From Kiritimatiellia bacterium (lineage in GTDB: Bacteria > Verrucomicrobiota > Kiritimatiellia > UBA8416 > JAWODU01), in assembly GCA_046483125.1 (NCBI GenBank), contig JAWODU010000019.1, positions 1,911 to 65,910 of the forward strand: a stretch of DNA of 64,000 bases, read 5' to 3'. Position numbers and translations under genes: made by a program. Positions 38,129 to 48,061 of the stretch are shown one piece after another. Under the pieces are notes generated by a model. It made no database searches. It saw nothing but the letters and a program-made list of their open reading frames with translations, and was not told the DNA's origin. Positions within the stretch are counted from its first letter, which is position 1; each line of letters opens with the position of its first letter.

Positions 38129-38976
38129 GTCCGGGATTCCGTCGAAGGCGTTTTGAGGGTGAAGTCCTCGGGAATTTCTCCGAACCTGACGAGACCTTCG
38201 ATAATTCCCGAAACATAGTAACCATTCAATTCGCCCATTCCCTCCGCCACCCGCAGGAGATGCTCCATGCCGTTTGAACGCATTGCCTCTTTCACGGCGG
38301 TTTTTACTTCGGGAATGGCGTTTCGCACTACTATGGCCCTGTACCCCGCCGTCAGGGGAAGCAGATCGTTCCCGCTGTCTCCGCAGTAAATAATTTCCTC
38401 TTTTTGAACTTTCATGGATCCCCGCAGGTATTCCAGAGCTTCAAGTTTACTGGCGGCGCGAGGCAGTACGTCCAGAAGACCCCGGCCCCTTGTTTCGTCG
38501 ACGCTGTAGATAACGCGGAAATCCGGACAGATCTCTCCAATAGCTTTCTTTACCGCTTCGACAGTATCGGACCCCTTTTCCGGATGGTCCAGGTAATAGC
38601 TCAATTTGAACTCGTTCTGATTCCGCGCTTCCTGGAGCCGGAGATCCGCCAGCGAGGCCAGGGCGTTTTTGAAAGCTTCGACGTCCCAGTTGCGCGTCGA
38701 TTCCTCGATTAAACGGATGTACCCTTTGTCTTCGGTGAACTCCCTTCCGTCCAGGTCGTATATTTTCGTGCCCACCTCCGCCACCGCGTACAGCGGCAGG
38801 GGAGGATCGTATTTTTCCATGCCTTCGAGTATCTGGTCGCGGTTGCGGCCGGTTACGTAAATCAGCGGAATTTCCCGTTTGCGGACGATTTCGCCGAACA
38901 GCCGCATGGAGTTATCGTATTCCTGTTTCCCGTTGGGGAAAAGGGTCCGGTCCAGGTCGGTGGCAATCACCGTCAT
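38125..38976 (-). CDS. HAD-IIB phosphatase, sucrose-6-phosphate-phosphatase-like
   Basis: 283 aa. DLDRTL (DxDxT) motif and an SPP-like cap. Translationally coupled to the flanking genes. Confidence 0.7.
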   Translation of the reverse strand: MTVIATDLDRTLFPNGKQEYDNSMRLFGEIVRKREIPLIYVTGRNRDQILEGMEKYDPPLPLYAVAEVGTKIYDLDGREFTEDKGYIRLIEESTRNWDVEAFKNALASLADLRLQEARNQNEFKLSYYLDHPEKGSDTVEAVKKAIGEICPDFRVIYSVDETRGRGLLDVLPRAASKLEALEYLRGSMKVQKEEIIYCGDSGNDLLPLTAGYRAIVVRNAIPEVKTAVKEAMRSNGMEHLLRVAEGMGELNGYYVSGIIEGLVRFGEIPEDFTLKTPSTESRT

Positions 38977-38991
38977 GGTTCGTTCCTCCGG

Positions 38992-41508
38992 TTACTCTTC
39001 AAGGATTTCCTTGATGTCTCTTGTGCACATCCCGGGCGAAGCCTGGCAGATGTAAAGGCCGATCTGTTCGTACCCCCCGCATTCCTGGCTGTACGGCAGG
39101 AACTCGAAGAAGAGACCCGCGCCCGGACCGTTGGCCGTCGTAACGTTGAAAGCGACTTCCCGGCCCAGCATAAGCAGTATTCTGTGCATCGCCCTTGAAG
39201 CATCGTGCCAGCCCTGGGCCACGGCCTCCAGTTCCTGGTCGTTCAGCTCGAAAATGTGGGACTTCTCCGTGTCTTTCACCAACAGCATCATGTCGTAGGG
39301 ACGGCGCATGAAGTAAGGCACGGCCAGGACTGCCGGGCCGTAGTCACGCAGGGTGAATTCCGGAGGATTTGTCTCCTGCATGTAAGCGGAAAAGAATTTG
39401 CCTTCCTTTTCCCGGAATTTCACCAGGTCGTCGTTTCTCCGCGGCATGACGTTGGCGTAGACTATCTGCTGATGGCCGTGGGCTATCGATCCGCCCACCA
39501 GCCGCCCGTGATTTTTGATAATTGAAACGTACCTGTCTTCCCGCCCTCCGTTATCCCCGGAAAGCAGAACTTTTTCCAGCTTCCCCAGTCTCCGCATAAC
39601 TATTTTACAGTCCGATACCGGCATATTGTGCCAGTCCCTGTCCTGGTAGGAAGAAGTCCACTGCAGAAAATGACAGCCGGACACTTCTTTTCCCTCCGGA
39701 CCGCCGCCGGTCTTCGAGCCCTTCTGTTTCCGGCTTTCCTTTCCGTCGGGACAGACCACGGGAAACAGGTTGAAGTTTATGAACGTGAAACCCTGGCTCA
39801 GATCCGCGACGTCCACAGCCCCGGTGGTCTTTCCCTTGGAAATAATGGAAGGGGCCCTGTTGGGATCCTCCTGGGGCGCTTCTTCCACGTTCCCCGATTC
39901 GTGGGGCCGGCGGGCCCTTGCCAGACTGTACAGGATGCGGTCGCCGTTACGCGGGTCGACCTGGTATCTTTTTTCGGGCCGGTAATCCCCGATATCGGGC
40001 TCTTCCTTCGCCAGTTTTATAATCCCGTCCCGGTCCAGTCTTTCGATGTTTTCGTTGCGGAGTATGCCCTTCAGTTTGTCGCGGGAAAAAGAAAAGCGAA
40101 TCTGCAGTTCAACCGGCTTCAGTTCTATCCCGATGCTTTTCAGGAACTGGGTGCTCAGGTTCTCCCATGTAAAATGAGGTATCGTGATATTGTAGGCTTT
40201 TCTGCCCATCTCCCTGCGCAGTGAATCGTCGCTCAGCAGTATTTCCAGCGCGCCGGCGAAGCCTTCAACGCTGTTGGCCGGCACCACAATGACCCCGTCT
40301 CCCCGCCGCACCTTTTCTCCGCCGTCTACAGGCACCTCTTCGGCTTCCCTGCCCAGGAGATGCTCCACGGCGAACGGAACAAGGTCGCTCGCCACGGCCG
40401 GAACGCCCGTGGCCGCCGCCTCCTCAACCGACATTCCGAAGCCTTCCATTACCGAAGGCGTGCAGTACACACTGCTTGCCGCGTATATCTTCGGAAGAAC
40501 GTCCCATACCGAACCGACGACTATGACGTCGTCCTCCACTTTCAGCTCCGAAATCAGCCCTCGAAGTTTCTGGGCCAGTTCCCTCTTGTTGTCGTCTATG
40601 GAGACTACAAGGAGGCTGTCTTCCGCCTTTTCATGCATCCGGGCGAAGGCGCGAATCAGAATGTCCTTCTTCTTGGTGTCGTCGGTCCTGCTGATCTCGG
40701 TTATGATCCTGCGCTTCTTTATTTCTTCGGGCTTCAGGCGGCTGTGCTCGCTGAAGAAGCACCATATCTCGCTGTCGTGAGAGAGGTCCGCGGGGTGAAA
40801 ACGCCTGGGATTGACGCAGGGCGGCAGAAAGAGATCGGTGTCGTATTCGTAATCGTTTTTCAGCGAATCTCTGATAACCGATGACGTGGCGGCGATATCG
40901 TCCACGGTTTTGACGATGCCTTTTTCTTCCTCTATGCGTTCGTCGATGCGCAGGGATTCCCATGTGGACCGGTCTACGTTGCGTTTCTTCAGCGCTCCCA
41001 GGGAATGGGGTATCCAGATGTGCTTCTGATTGTACGGCAGGCGCTGATTCAGCAGAAGGCCCAGCTTCGCCCCGTCCCAGTAATGGGAAATGATCAGATC
41101 TACCTGCGTGTCCTCCTGTATCACGTACTGTTCCAGGTTTTCCGCCAGTTTCGGAAGCTGTTCATTCATGTCTTCCTTGCGGACGAATTCCTTTTTGTCG
41201 TCCTCGACGTATAGAATCCTCTGGAGTTCGTCCTGATAATCGAGTCCCCTCCGCAGAAGCCCCGTGTTGGGATGCAGATAACCTCCCCTGTTTACTATGG
41301 TGACCTTGAACCCGGCCCTGACCAGGGCGTGTGTCATCTGGTTGACGAAAACGTTCTGCCCTCCCGTGTCGGGAAGTCCCGGTATGACGTCCCACTGATG
41401 AATACCGTGATTGGTTATCATCAGCAGATGGGGGCGTTTTGAAGCCAGAAAATCCTTGTGAAATCTTCTCCTGCGAATCTGCCTTTCGGACTGCGGAATA
41501 TCCAGCAC
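38992..41508 (-). CDS. Fusion protein: sucrose-phosphate-synthase-like GT4 glycosyltransferase plus C-terminal GalT-like (HIT superfamily) nucleotidyltransferase domain
   Basis: 838 aa. The N-terminal HGIHQWDVIPGLPDTGGQNVFV is the SPS/GT4 hallmark. The C-terminal KNHGRLVGGSIAHGHQQIVYANVMPRRNDDL aligns with the GalT active-site region (NPHPHGQIWAN) and an upstream Cys pair. Confidence 0.7.
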   Translation of the reverse strand: MLDIPQSERQIRRRRFHKDFLASKRPHLLMITNHGIHQWDVIPGLPDTGGQNVFVNQMTHALVRAGFKVTIVNRGGYLHPNTGLLRRGLDYQDELQRILYVEDDKKEFVRKEDMNEQLPKLAENLEQYVIQEDTQVDLIISHYWDGAKLGLLLNQRLPYNQKHIWIPHSLGALKKRNVDRSTWESLRIDERIEEEKGIVKTVDDIAATSSVIRDSLKNDYEYDTDLFLPPCVNPRRFHPADLSHDSEIWCFFSEHSRLKPEEIKKRRIITEISRTDDTKKKDILIRAFARMHEKAEDSLLVVSIDDNKRELAQKLRGLISELKVEDDVIVVGSVWDVLPKIYAASSVYCTPSVMEGFGMSVEEAAATGVPAVASDLVPFAVEHLLGREAEEVPVDGGEKVRRGDGVIVVPANSVEGFAGALEILLSDDSLRREMGRKAYNITIPHFTWENLSTQFLKSIGIELKPVELQIRFSFSRDKLKGILRNENIERLDRDGIIKLAKEEPDIGDYRPEKRYQVDPRNGDRILYSLARARRPHESGNVEEAPQEDPNRAPSIISKGKTTGAVDVADLSQGFTFINFNLFPVVCPDGKESRKQKGSKTGGGPEGKEVSGCHFLQWTSSYQDRDWHNMPVSDCKIVMRRLGKLEKVLLSGDNGGREDRYVSIIKNHGRLVGGSIAHGHQQIVYANVMPRRNDDLVKFREKEGKFFSAYMQETNPPEFTLRDYGPAVLAVPYFMRRPYDMMLLVKDTEKSHIFELNDQELEAVAQGWHDASRAMHRILLMLGREVAFNVTTANGPGAGLFFEFLPYSQECGGYEQIGLYICQASPGMCTRDIKEILEE

Positions 41509-41541
41509 TGTAACTGTGCTCCTTTCTGTTATCTCGTTTAC

Positions 41542-42993
41542 TTACTCAAAAACCGATACCGCCGGGGTAAGCCTTCCCTCCACCAGGCGCAATAGCTGTT
41601 GGGCTATGCCCGTCCACGTGAACAGACTGCGGACCTTTCGCGCTCCGTGCATGGAAAGCCTCTGCCTGATGTCCGCGAACTGCAGGATTTTCGTTACGGC
41701 TATGCCGAAATCCTCCGAGTCCAGCGGGTCCGCGTAAAGAGCTTCTATCCCGTAGGCTATTGTTCTGTACAGCCCGCCCCGCGTGGTGACTACCGTGGGC
41801 GTGCCGCAGGCCATGGCCTCCACCGCCGTCATGCCGAAAGGTTCGTACCTGCTTGGAACCGCGAATACGTCCGCGGCCCTGTAATAATCCGCCATGGCCT
41901 CGTCCGGCAGGGAGCCGGATATCCGCACTCTGTCTTCGAGCCTGTACTTCCTCACCAGCCCGTGCAGTTCCTCGCACATCGGATCTTCGGTGCTCTTGTC
42001 GTCCTCTTTGCCCACCGCCAGTCTTAAACGTGCCTTGGGTATGCGTTTGGCCGTCACCGCGAAGGCGTCTATAAGAAGATCGAACCCCTTGTTGCGGCTC
42101 AATCGACCTATTGAAGCCACCACTGGTCCCTCGTAGCCGAAGTCGCCGCGAATACGCCGTCTCATGGGTTCACCCACAGGGTAAAACCGGCTGTCGTCGT
42201 AGCCGGGCGGAATCATGCGCACTCCGTCCCGCGGCACCTCGTAATCTTTTTTCAGCATGTCTATCTGCATCGGAGAAGTGGCGATCACCATATCGGCGTC
42301 GCGGTAAAGAAGGCGTTCGTTATGAATGCGCTCGGTGAAATTGTAAGTCTTGTCCAGTTCCTCTTCCGACGCCGAACCGTCCGCCTGCATCTGCCTCTTT
42401 TTCCACAAGCCCAGCGAATGCGGCGTGTGCACGTGCGGAATATCAAGCGCCGCGGCCATCTTCTGCCCTGCCATGCCGCCGTCCCAGTAGTGACTGTTCA
42501 CGAACTGGTAAGTCAGGCCGTTGTCCCTGATATATCTCAGGGCGCGCTCTCCCCACTCGCCCAGTTCCCTGTACAGGTGCTCTTTGGGTATGAAATCACG
42601 GCCGCCGCAGGGTATTCGAATAATACGTACGTTCTCGGCGACTTCCTCGGTTTCGGGCTGGTCCTCGAACCGCCTGGTCCAGATATCCACCCTGTATCCC
42701 AGCTCGGCGAGTTTTACGGACAGCTCCAGGAGATAAACCACCTGTCCCCCCGTATCCGGTGCGCCCAGCGGCGGCTCGGCGGCCACGTACCCGTGAGTCG
42801 ACACCATTGCTATCCCCTCGCGGGCCTCTCCGGGTTCGTCGTGTTTCCTTATCGGTGTGAATTCTTCTCTTTCCACGGACATCCCTTCTCCTTCCCCATT
42901 GTCTCCGCTTACCGTTTCCGGTTCCATGGAATGCTCAATTGCGGCTTCCTCGTCTTCTTTCATGACAACTGCGCTTTCCGCCCCGCCGGCCAC
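41542..42993 (-). CDS. Sucrose-phosphate-synthase-like GT4 glycosyltransferase (catalytic domain only)
   Basis: 483 aa. APDTGGQVVY motif and a GT-B retaining-GT pattern (EPFGMTAVEAMACG). Confidence 0.8.
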   Translation of the reverse strand: MAGGAESAVVMKEDEEAAIEHSMEPETVSGDNGEGEGMSVEREEFTPIRKHDEPGEAREGIAMVSTHGYVAAEPPLGAPDTGGQVVYLLELSVKLAELGYRVDIWTRRFEDQPETEEVAENVRIIRIPCGGRDFIPKEHLYRELGEWGERALRYIRDNGLTYQFVNSHYWDGGMAGQKMAAALDIPHVHTPHSLGLWKKRQMQADGSASEEELDKTYNFTERIHNERLLYRDADMVIATSPMQIDMLKKDYEVPRDGVRMIPPGYDDSRFYPVGEPMRRRIRGDFGYEGPVVASIGRLSRNKGFDLLIDAFAVTAKRIPKARLRLAVGKEDDKSTEDPMCEELHGLVRKYRLEDRVRISGSLPDEAMADYYRAADVFAVPSRYEPFGMTAVEAMACGTPTVVTTRGGLYRTIAYGIEALYADPLDSEDFGIAVTKILQFADIRQRLSMHGARKVRSLFTWTGIAQQLLRLVEGRLTPAVSVFE

Positions 42994-43003
42994 GGCGGGA
43001 CTG

Positions 43004-44293
43004 CTACCGTTTGTCTATTTCCAGTATACCCACCAGTCCATGCGCGCATCCCTGACCCTGTTGAAGTTTTGTGGCCACGTGCCTCAGCGCGTAACCGAGC
43101 TGAGGTTCGATAATATTTTCCCTCGGAAGACCCATACCCAGCCACCCCGTGCCCTGAATGACTCTCTGCATTCTCCTCAGCATGTCGCGTACCGGCTCCG
43201 GGGCCGCGGGCAGAGGTTCCGGCAGGGGGCCCCCGAACCTTTCGCTTTCCTCGTCGAACAGTTCAAGCAGTTCGGCCGTGTAGCTTATCAGGTAGTTCCA
43301 GCAGGCCTGCATATTCTCGAAATACCTGTTCAGAAAGTCAAAACCCTGCCTGGGGACGTAATCAATCTTAACATTCTGCAGGTCGGTCCGCACATTCACC
43401 TCGTGAAGCGAGTTGATGCCGCTCCGGATAGGCTGTGCGTACGGGTTGTAGTCGCCGGTGTCCATATGGCGCCCGGTAAAAATGGACCTGTCGTAAAAAC
43501 ATACGGGGTTGATCTTCACGCGGGCACGGCGGCTTGCTTCAGTTATGATATTCTCCGCTTCCGCGCGGCTCATTAATCTCAGCGTCAGGTGTTCCAGCTC
43601 GCTTCGCCTCGCTTCCCGCTCATCCTCGTCATAGATATAGGACACCACGTAGTCCATGTTCTTCAGTTCCGAGGGCTCTTTTTTCCACAAACTCTGCCAC
43701 TCGTACGAATACCGCCCTATCCAGTCGCAGTGCACAATAGTGTAATTCCTCGCCTGCGAAGCGATATCGCATAAAAGCTGGATCATCGTCTCATCGTCAT
43801 TGAGATGCGAACAGGTCCCGAATGACGAAAAATAAAGATCATACGGATCCTCGCCGTCCACCGCGGGCAGTCCTTGTGTGAAATCGCCTTGTTCAAACAT
43901 CACTTTCGGCTCGTTCCCGTAGATTCCAGCGGCCTGGTCCAGCAGGTCCCTGTTGAGATCGACGCCCTTGTAAAGTCCAAGGACATCGGGCGAAAGCAGG
44001 TCCGTTTCCACCTGCTGTAGATCGGCGTCACGCTGACGTACACCCGCCAGGAGCTCGTAACCGTCCGCGCTCCCACAGCCAAGGTCCAGGATTCTCACCC
44101 TTCTCAGGTCCCGCCTGCAGTTCTTTATCAGCTTCAACAGATACGGGCGGAGATAATGACGCGTGATTTCGTCCTCCCAGAACCGCCGCACGTTGTCGTA
44201 TTTGCCTACAAGCCCGGATTTCTTCGCGTAAAGCCCGCTTTTCACCGCTTCGGTATAAGCAGACATCTGGTCGTTTTCGGGGTTTTCGCTCAC
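43004..44293 (-). CDS. Class I SAM-dependent methyltransferase
   Basis: 429 aa with motif I ILDLGCGSADG. The substrate is unknown. Confidence 0.65.
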   Translation of the reverse strand: MSENPENDQMSAYTEAVKSGLYAKKSGLVGKYDNVRRFWEDEITRHYLRPYLLKLIKNCRRDLRRVRILDLGCGSADGYELLAGVRQRDADLQQVETDLLSPDVLGLYKGVDLNRDLLDQAAGIYGNEPKVMFEQGDFTQGLPAVDGEDPYDLYFSSFGTCSHLNDDETMIQLLCDIASQARNYTIVHCDWIGRYSYEWQSLWKKEPSELKNMDYVVSYIYDEDEREARRSELEHLTLRLMSRAEAENIITEASRRARVKINPVCFYDRSIFTGRHMDTGDYNPYAQPIRSGINSLHEVNVRTDLQNVKIDYVPRQGFDFLNRYFENMQACWNYLISYTAELLELFDEESERFGGPLPEPLPAAPEPVRDMLRRMQRVIQGTGWLGMGLPRENIIEPQLGYALRHVATKLQQGQGCAHGLVGILEIDKR

Positions 44294-44302
44294 GATATAC
44301 TC

Positions 44303-45778
44303 CTATTTCAGTGTCTGCGGCAGTATGCCCGGTATTTCTCTTCTGATGTGCTCCGCCACTTCATCGGGCAGAGGATTGCGTTCCTGCTCCATGATCTGCT
44401 CGTACTGCCGGTGCGCGGCCCAGAGTGCTCCATGCTCTTCGTCTTCCAGCGGGTACTTTACGTAAACGGACTCACGGGACGGGAGCGGAAGGTGGTAGAT
44501 AAAGGTTTTCTGGTCTTCCGCCATTACTTCCCTGATCGTGGAAAGGACTTCTTCGGTCCCGTCCTCGGAAAAGCCGGGCTCCTTGAGCATATGCTTAATG
44601 AACCCTATGTGGGCGTCGTCCATGACCGCCTGTTCCGGGCAGAAAATGTTGGTCCTTTCCAGGAGACCGAAGGCGTAATGAATGTACTGGGCGCCCCCGC
44701 GCGGCACCGAAGCCAGCGTCAGGATCTTTTCAGCCGTCGCCTGTATGCCCGGAGCGGGCGCATCCGCCACACCCGCCGTGGAATAACACGGAATGCCGTA
44801 GAAGCGCGCCATCTGCGCGCAGTCGATATTGTAGTGGCTGAATTCGGGCGCGCCGTACATGTCGTTCAGGTTGTCGAGCCTCGTGCGCACGGGAACGGCG
44901 CCGTAGAGTATGGAACTGCCGGGCTGGACCATCTGGTTGAGTGTTATGCCGGCGAGCAGTTCCGCGTTTATCAGCGCCGTCATGCCGAATTCGTCGAACG
45001 GTCCCGTGGCCCCTCCCATGGGACAGCTCGATATGACAACGGGCTGGCGCCGCCTGGCTATTTCCATAAACGTCTCCGCCGTGTCCTCCACCAGCTGTAA
45101 AGGGCTCTTGACCGCACAGCAGATAAACGAAATCACCGGATTGGTCTTGAAAGCTTCCTTCCCGCCGGCCACTATTTCGGCCATTTTCAAGACTTCGTCG
45201 AGCGAGTCGATATCCGTCAGTCCGGCCTGAACGTGCTTCGTTATGTTGTTAAGGCTGGCCAGGAACTTGTTCACGTCCTTGTTGCGTGCGGTAACTTCCT
45301 CATCCTGAATGTTGACACAGCGGATGAAGAAGTCGAGATTGGGCAGATGATCGCACAGATGGGCGGCCCTGCACAGCCGTTGGATGGAACCGTTCTCTCT
45401 GCTGAATACCGGCTTGCCGTCTTCAAAAGAGACGTCCAGCCATATGTTCGTCTCCGACCCGCTCCCGAACCGCACGCGCGGCTCCCCGGCATTCAGGATA
45501 AGCCGGTTGTCCGGGTTTCTCGCGCCCAGCACCACCGTGGAAGGCGCCGATTCCACCGCCCTGCTTACCATGTCGGACGGAATGCGGACACGACTGCAGT
45601 CTTTGGCGTCTTCAACCGCCGCGCCGGCCTTTTGGAATACCTTCGCGGCCTTTTCGTTGTAACACAGAAGCCCGGGATCCTGGAGCATCTCCCTGGATGC
45701 CGCGTCTACCTGGGCAATCTGCTTCTCCGAGAGTCGCAGGTAGGGTTTTACGAGCACTCCCTCACGCTGTTTCTTCAT
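44303..45778 (-). CDS. MttB-superfamily (non-pyrrolysine) quaternary-amine:corrinoid methyltransferase homologue 1
   Basis: Roughly 490 aa from the ATG at 45778 (MKKQREG...). TIM-barrel MttB-family similarity and no in-frame amber codon. The track ORF extends to 45859. Confidence 0.8.
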   Translation of the reverse strand: MKKQREGVLVKPYLRLSEKQIAQVDAASREMLQDPGLLCYNEKAAKVFQKAGAAVEDAKDCSRVRIPSDMVSRAVESAPSTVVLGARNPDNRLILNAGEPRVRFGSGSETNIWLDVSFEDGKPVFSRENGSIQRLCRAAHLCDHLPNLDFFIRCVNIQDEEVTARNKDVNKFLASLNNITKHVQAGLTDIDSLDEVLKMAEIVAGGKEAFKTNPVISFICCAVKSPLQLVEDTAETFMEIARRRQPVVISSCPMGGATGPFDEFGMTALINAELLAGITLNQMVQPGSSILYGAVPVRTRLDNLNDMYGAPEFSHYNIDCAQMARFYGIPCYSTAGVADAPAPGIQATAEKILTLASVPRGGAQYIHYAFGLLERTNIFCPEQAVMDDAHIGFIKHMLKEPGFSEDGTEEVLSTIREVMAEDQKTFIYHLPLPSRESVYVKYPLEDEEHGALWAAHRQYEQIMEQERNPLPDEVAEHIRREIPGILPQTLK

Positions 45779-45866
45779 GACTTCCCTTCTGTTTTCTTTT
45801 TTCGGAATAGGTCCCACGGTTGCCACAGCAGTTGCCATGCGCCCCGGCCGCGGAGACACGATCGCC

Positions 45867-47333
45867 TCATTCTACACCGGGTGTACGGATCTCCGGGCAG
45901 GTTTTCAGAATATCGCTCCGCAGAGACGGCTCTATCAGTTCGGGCGCCTGCCCCTTGCGCACCTCGGCCACGAAGGCCCTTGCCCTGGACAGGGCGTCGT
46001 CATCCGGCCCCATGCTTTCGCGCCTGTCCCGGTTGGAGAGTTTCGGCTCGAAAAATTCGCCGCGCATATATCTGATCGTGTGCTCCTCCGCGAGGTAATC
46101 TTTCCCCGGCCCCTTTTTGATCATTACGTCGGTTGCCAGGGTGCCCCTGTCCACCTCGATTCCCCTGAGTACTCTCTGGCACATCCCCAGTATTTCGTTG
46201 TCCATCGCAAGCTTTTCGTAGGAGACCGTAAGGTCCGTTTCCATCAGCCCGGCAATATCGTGAATATAATTCGCCCCGCTCATGGCCACCAGCAGACTGG
46301 ACATTGCGCTCTCGTACGCCGCCTGGATATCCACTTCTTTGGCGTCGGTCGTTCCGCCGGTCGAATACAGAGGTATCTCGAAATACTGGGCCATTTGAGA
46401 AACCGCGGCGTTTATCATGGCCCTTTCTATGGCGCCGCCCACGTGGTTCATGGTGCGGAGATTCGTGACCGATCCCACGCTCCCGCATATGCCGGGAGCC
46501 CCCCTGCGCACCGACTGAACCAGCGCTATCCCGCCGAGTGTTTCGGCAATGTGGGTCAGGACGTTCCCGGCCAGTGTTATCGGAGATGTGGTTCCGCATA
46601 TCGGCTCGGTAGGCATTACAACCGGCAGGCCCTTCCCCGCAAGGTAACAGCTTATTTCGCCGTAGTGGTCGTCTATTTTAAAAGGGCTGATAACCAGCGT
46701 AATGAAAGATACAAATGGCTTCTCGGCCAGCGCCTCGGCGCCGCCGGCCAGTTTTTCCGCGATTTCAACGGCCCGACGGCATCCGTTCATGGTGTATATA
46801 CCGCCCATCACGTGCTTGGTGGTGTTGTCAAAGGCATGAAAGAACCGGTTGGCGTCGATTTCCTCCCTCTCTTCTATGTCGTTGGGAAACACGTTAATGG
46901 TAAAAAGATGGATATTCTCAAGAGCCTGCACCATACGGGCGTTAAGTATGACGTCGGTAACCGTCGAAGGCCGCCTTTCCCCGGTGTCAGGGTCCAGTAC
47001 GTATATCGCCGTTCCCCCGGTGCCGTAATGGACGCGGTTTTTTTCGAGCACGCAGTCGGTTTTTCCGTCACGCGAGTAAAGAGTTACGCTTGAAGGGTTG
47101 GAGGAAACCGCGTCTTCAACCAGGCTCCGGGACAGCTTGACCGTGGACGTTTCCTCGTCAACTTCGGCTCCCGCATTCCTGAAGGCCTCCCTTGCGGCCT
47201 TTGAATAGACCAGCATGCCCGCCTTTTCCAGAATCTCGAAAGCCGATTCGGCTATTTCCTTTACATCCCGGTCCGAAAGGGGCCTGTACAGCGATGACCT
47301 GAGCCCGTGTTTTTCATGTTTCAATTCAGTCAT
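45867..47333 (-). CDS. MttB-superfamily (non-pyrrolysine) methyltransferase homologue 2
   Basis: 488 aa, paralogue of the downstream gene. No adjacent corrinoid-protein gene is visible. Confidence 0.8.
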   Translation of the reverse strand: MTELKHEKHGLRSSLYRPLSDRDVKEIAESAFEILEKAGMLVYSKAAREAFRNAGAEVDEETSTVKLSRSLVEDAVSSNPSSVTLYSRDGKTDCVLEKNRVHYGTGGTAIYVLDPDTGERRPSTVTDVILNARMVQALENIHLFTINVFPNDIEEREEIDANRFFHAFDNTTKHVMGGIYTMNGCRRAVEIAEKLAGGAEALAEKPFVSFITLVISPFKIDDHYGEISCYLAGKGLPVVMPTEPICGTTSPITLAGNVLTHIAETLGGIALVQSVRRGAPGICGSVGSVTNLRTMNHVGGAIERAMINAAVSQMAQYFEIPLYSTGGTTDAKEVDIQAAYESAMSSLLVAMSGANYIHDIAGLMETDLTVSYEKLAMDNEILGMCQRVLRGIEVDRGTLATDVMIKKGPGKDYLAEEHTIRYMRGEFFEPKLSNRDRRESMGPDDDALSRARAFVAEVRKGQAPELIEPSLRSDILKTCPEIRTPGVE

Positions 47334-47600
47334 AATACCTTTTCCCTTCTCAATCGGCCCCTACGCCACACGGCCGGCCGGGCTTTTCGGCCCGCCGGTC
47401 GCTGTACCGTCCGGTACGCGGATTTTCGAGCAATATAACCCCCGACCCGCCTGCCGGTTAAAACCTGTAGCGTCTACAGTACCCGCGGGCGCCGGTGAAT
47501 TCAAGCCTAAATACGCGGGCGTACGAAGTGCTCGTCGTAAAATTACATGACATGATGGCCCGTTGGCTGATATTCTTACATTTGAAACAGGAGCAAAGAT

Positions 47601-47777
47601 ATGAGGGAAAACCTGATATTGGCCTTCGTTTTGACTGCTTTGGCCGCCGGCCTGGCCACCGGTATAGGCAGTATTCTGGATCTTTTCGCGAAAAATACAA
47701 ATCACCGCTATTTATCGGTGTCCCTGGGTTTTTCGGCGGGAGTAATGATCTACGTGTCTTTCGCGGGAACCGGTTGA
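47601..47777 (+). pseudogene. N-terminal fragment of a ZIP-family (ZupT-like) metal transporter
   Basis: The 58-codon ORF MRENLILAFVLTALAAGLATGIGSILDLFAKNTNHRYLSVSLGFSAGVMIYVSFAGTG* matches the first two TM helices of ZIP transporters and then stops. An inverted repeat follows (acgattacgg...ccgtaatcgt). Confidence 0.35.
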
Positions 47778-47874
47778 CGACTGCGGGCGACGATTACGGA
47801 TTACGAGAAAAACGCTCTCAATCGTCCGCCGTAGTCGTCGCCGTAATCGTTAACCGGAAGGGAAGAGGAATAAC

Positions 47875-48036
47875 ATGAAAAAATACGTATGCGATGTCTG
47901 CGGTTATATCTACGATCCGGAAAAAGGCGATCCCGAAAACGGCATACAGCCCGGCACCGCTTTTGAGGAAGTGCCCGGCGACTGGGTATGCCCGGAATGC
48001 GGTGTGGGAAAGGAAGATTTCTCGCCCGCGGAATAA
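47875..48036 (+). CDS. Rubredoxin
   Basis: 53 aa: [53 protein letters not shown]. Two CxxCG knuckles and a GGAAGAGGAATAAC RBS. Too short to appear in the ORF track. Confidence 0.85.
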   Translation: MKKYVCDVCGYIYDPEKGDPENGIQPGTAFEEVPGDWVCPECGVGKEDFSPAE

Positions 48037-48061
48037 GTTCCCCCGGCGGCAAACCGTTTTC

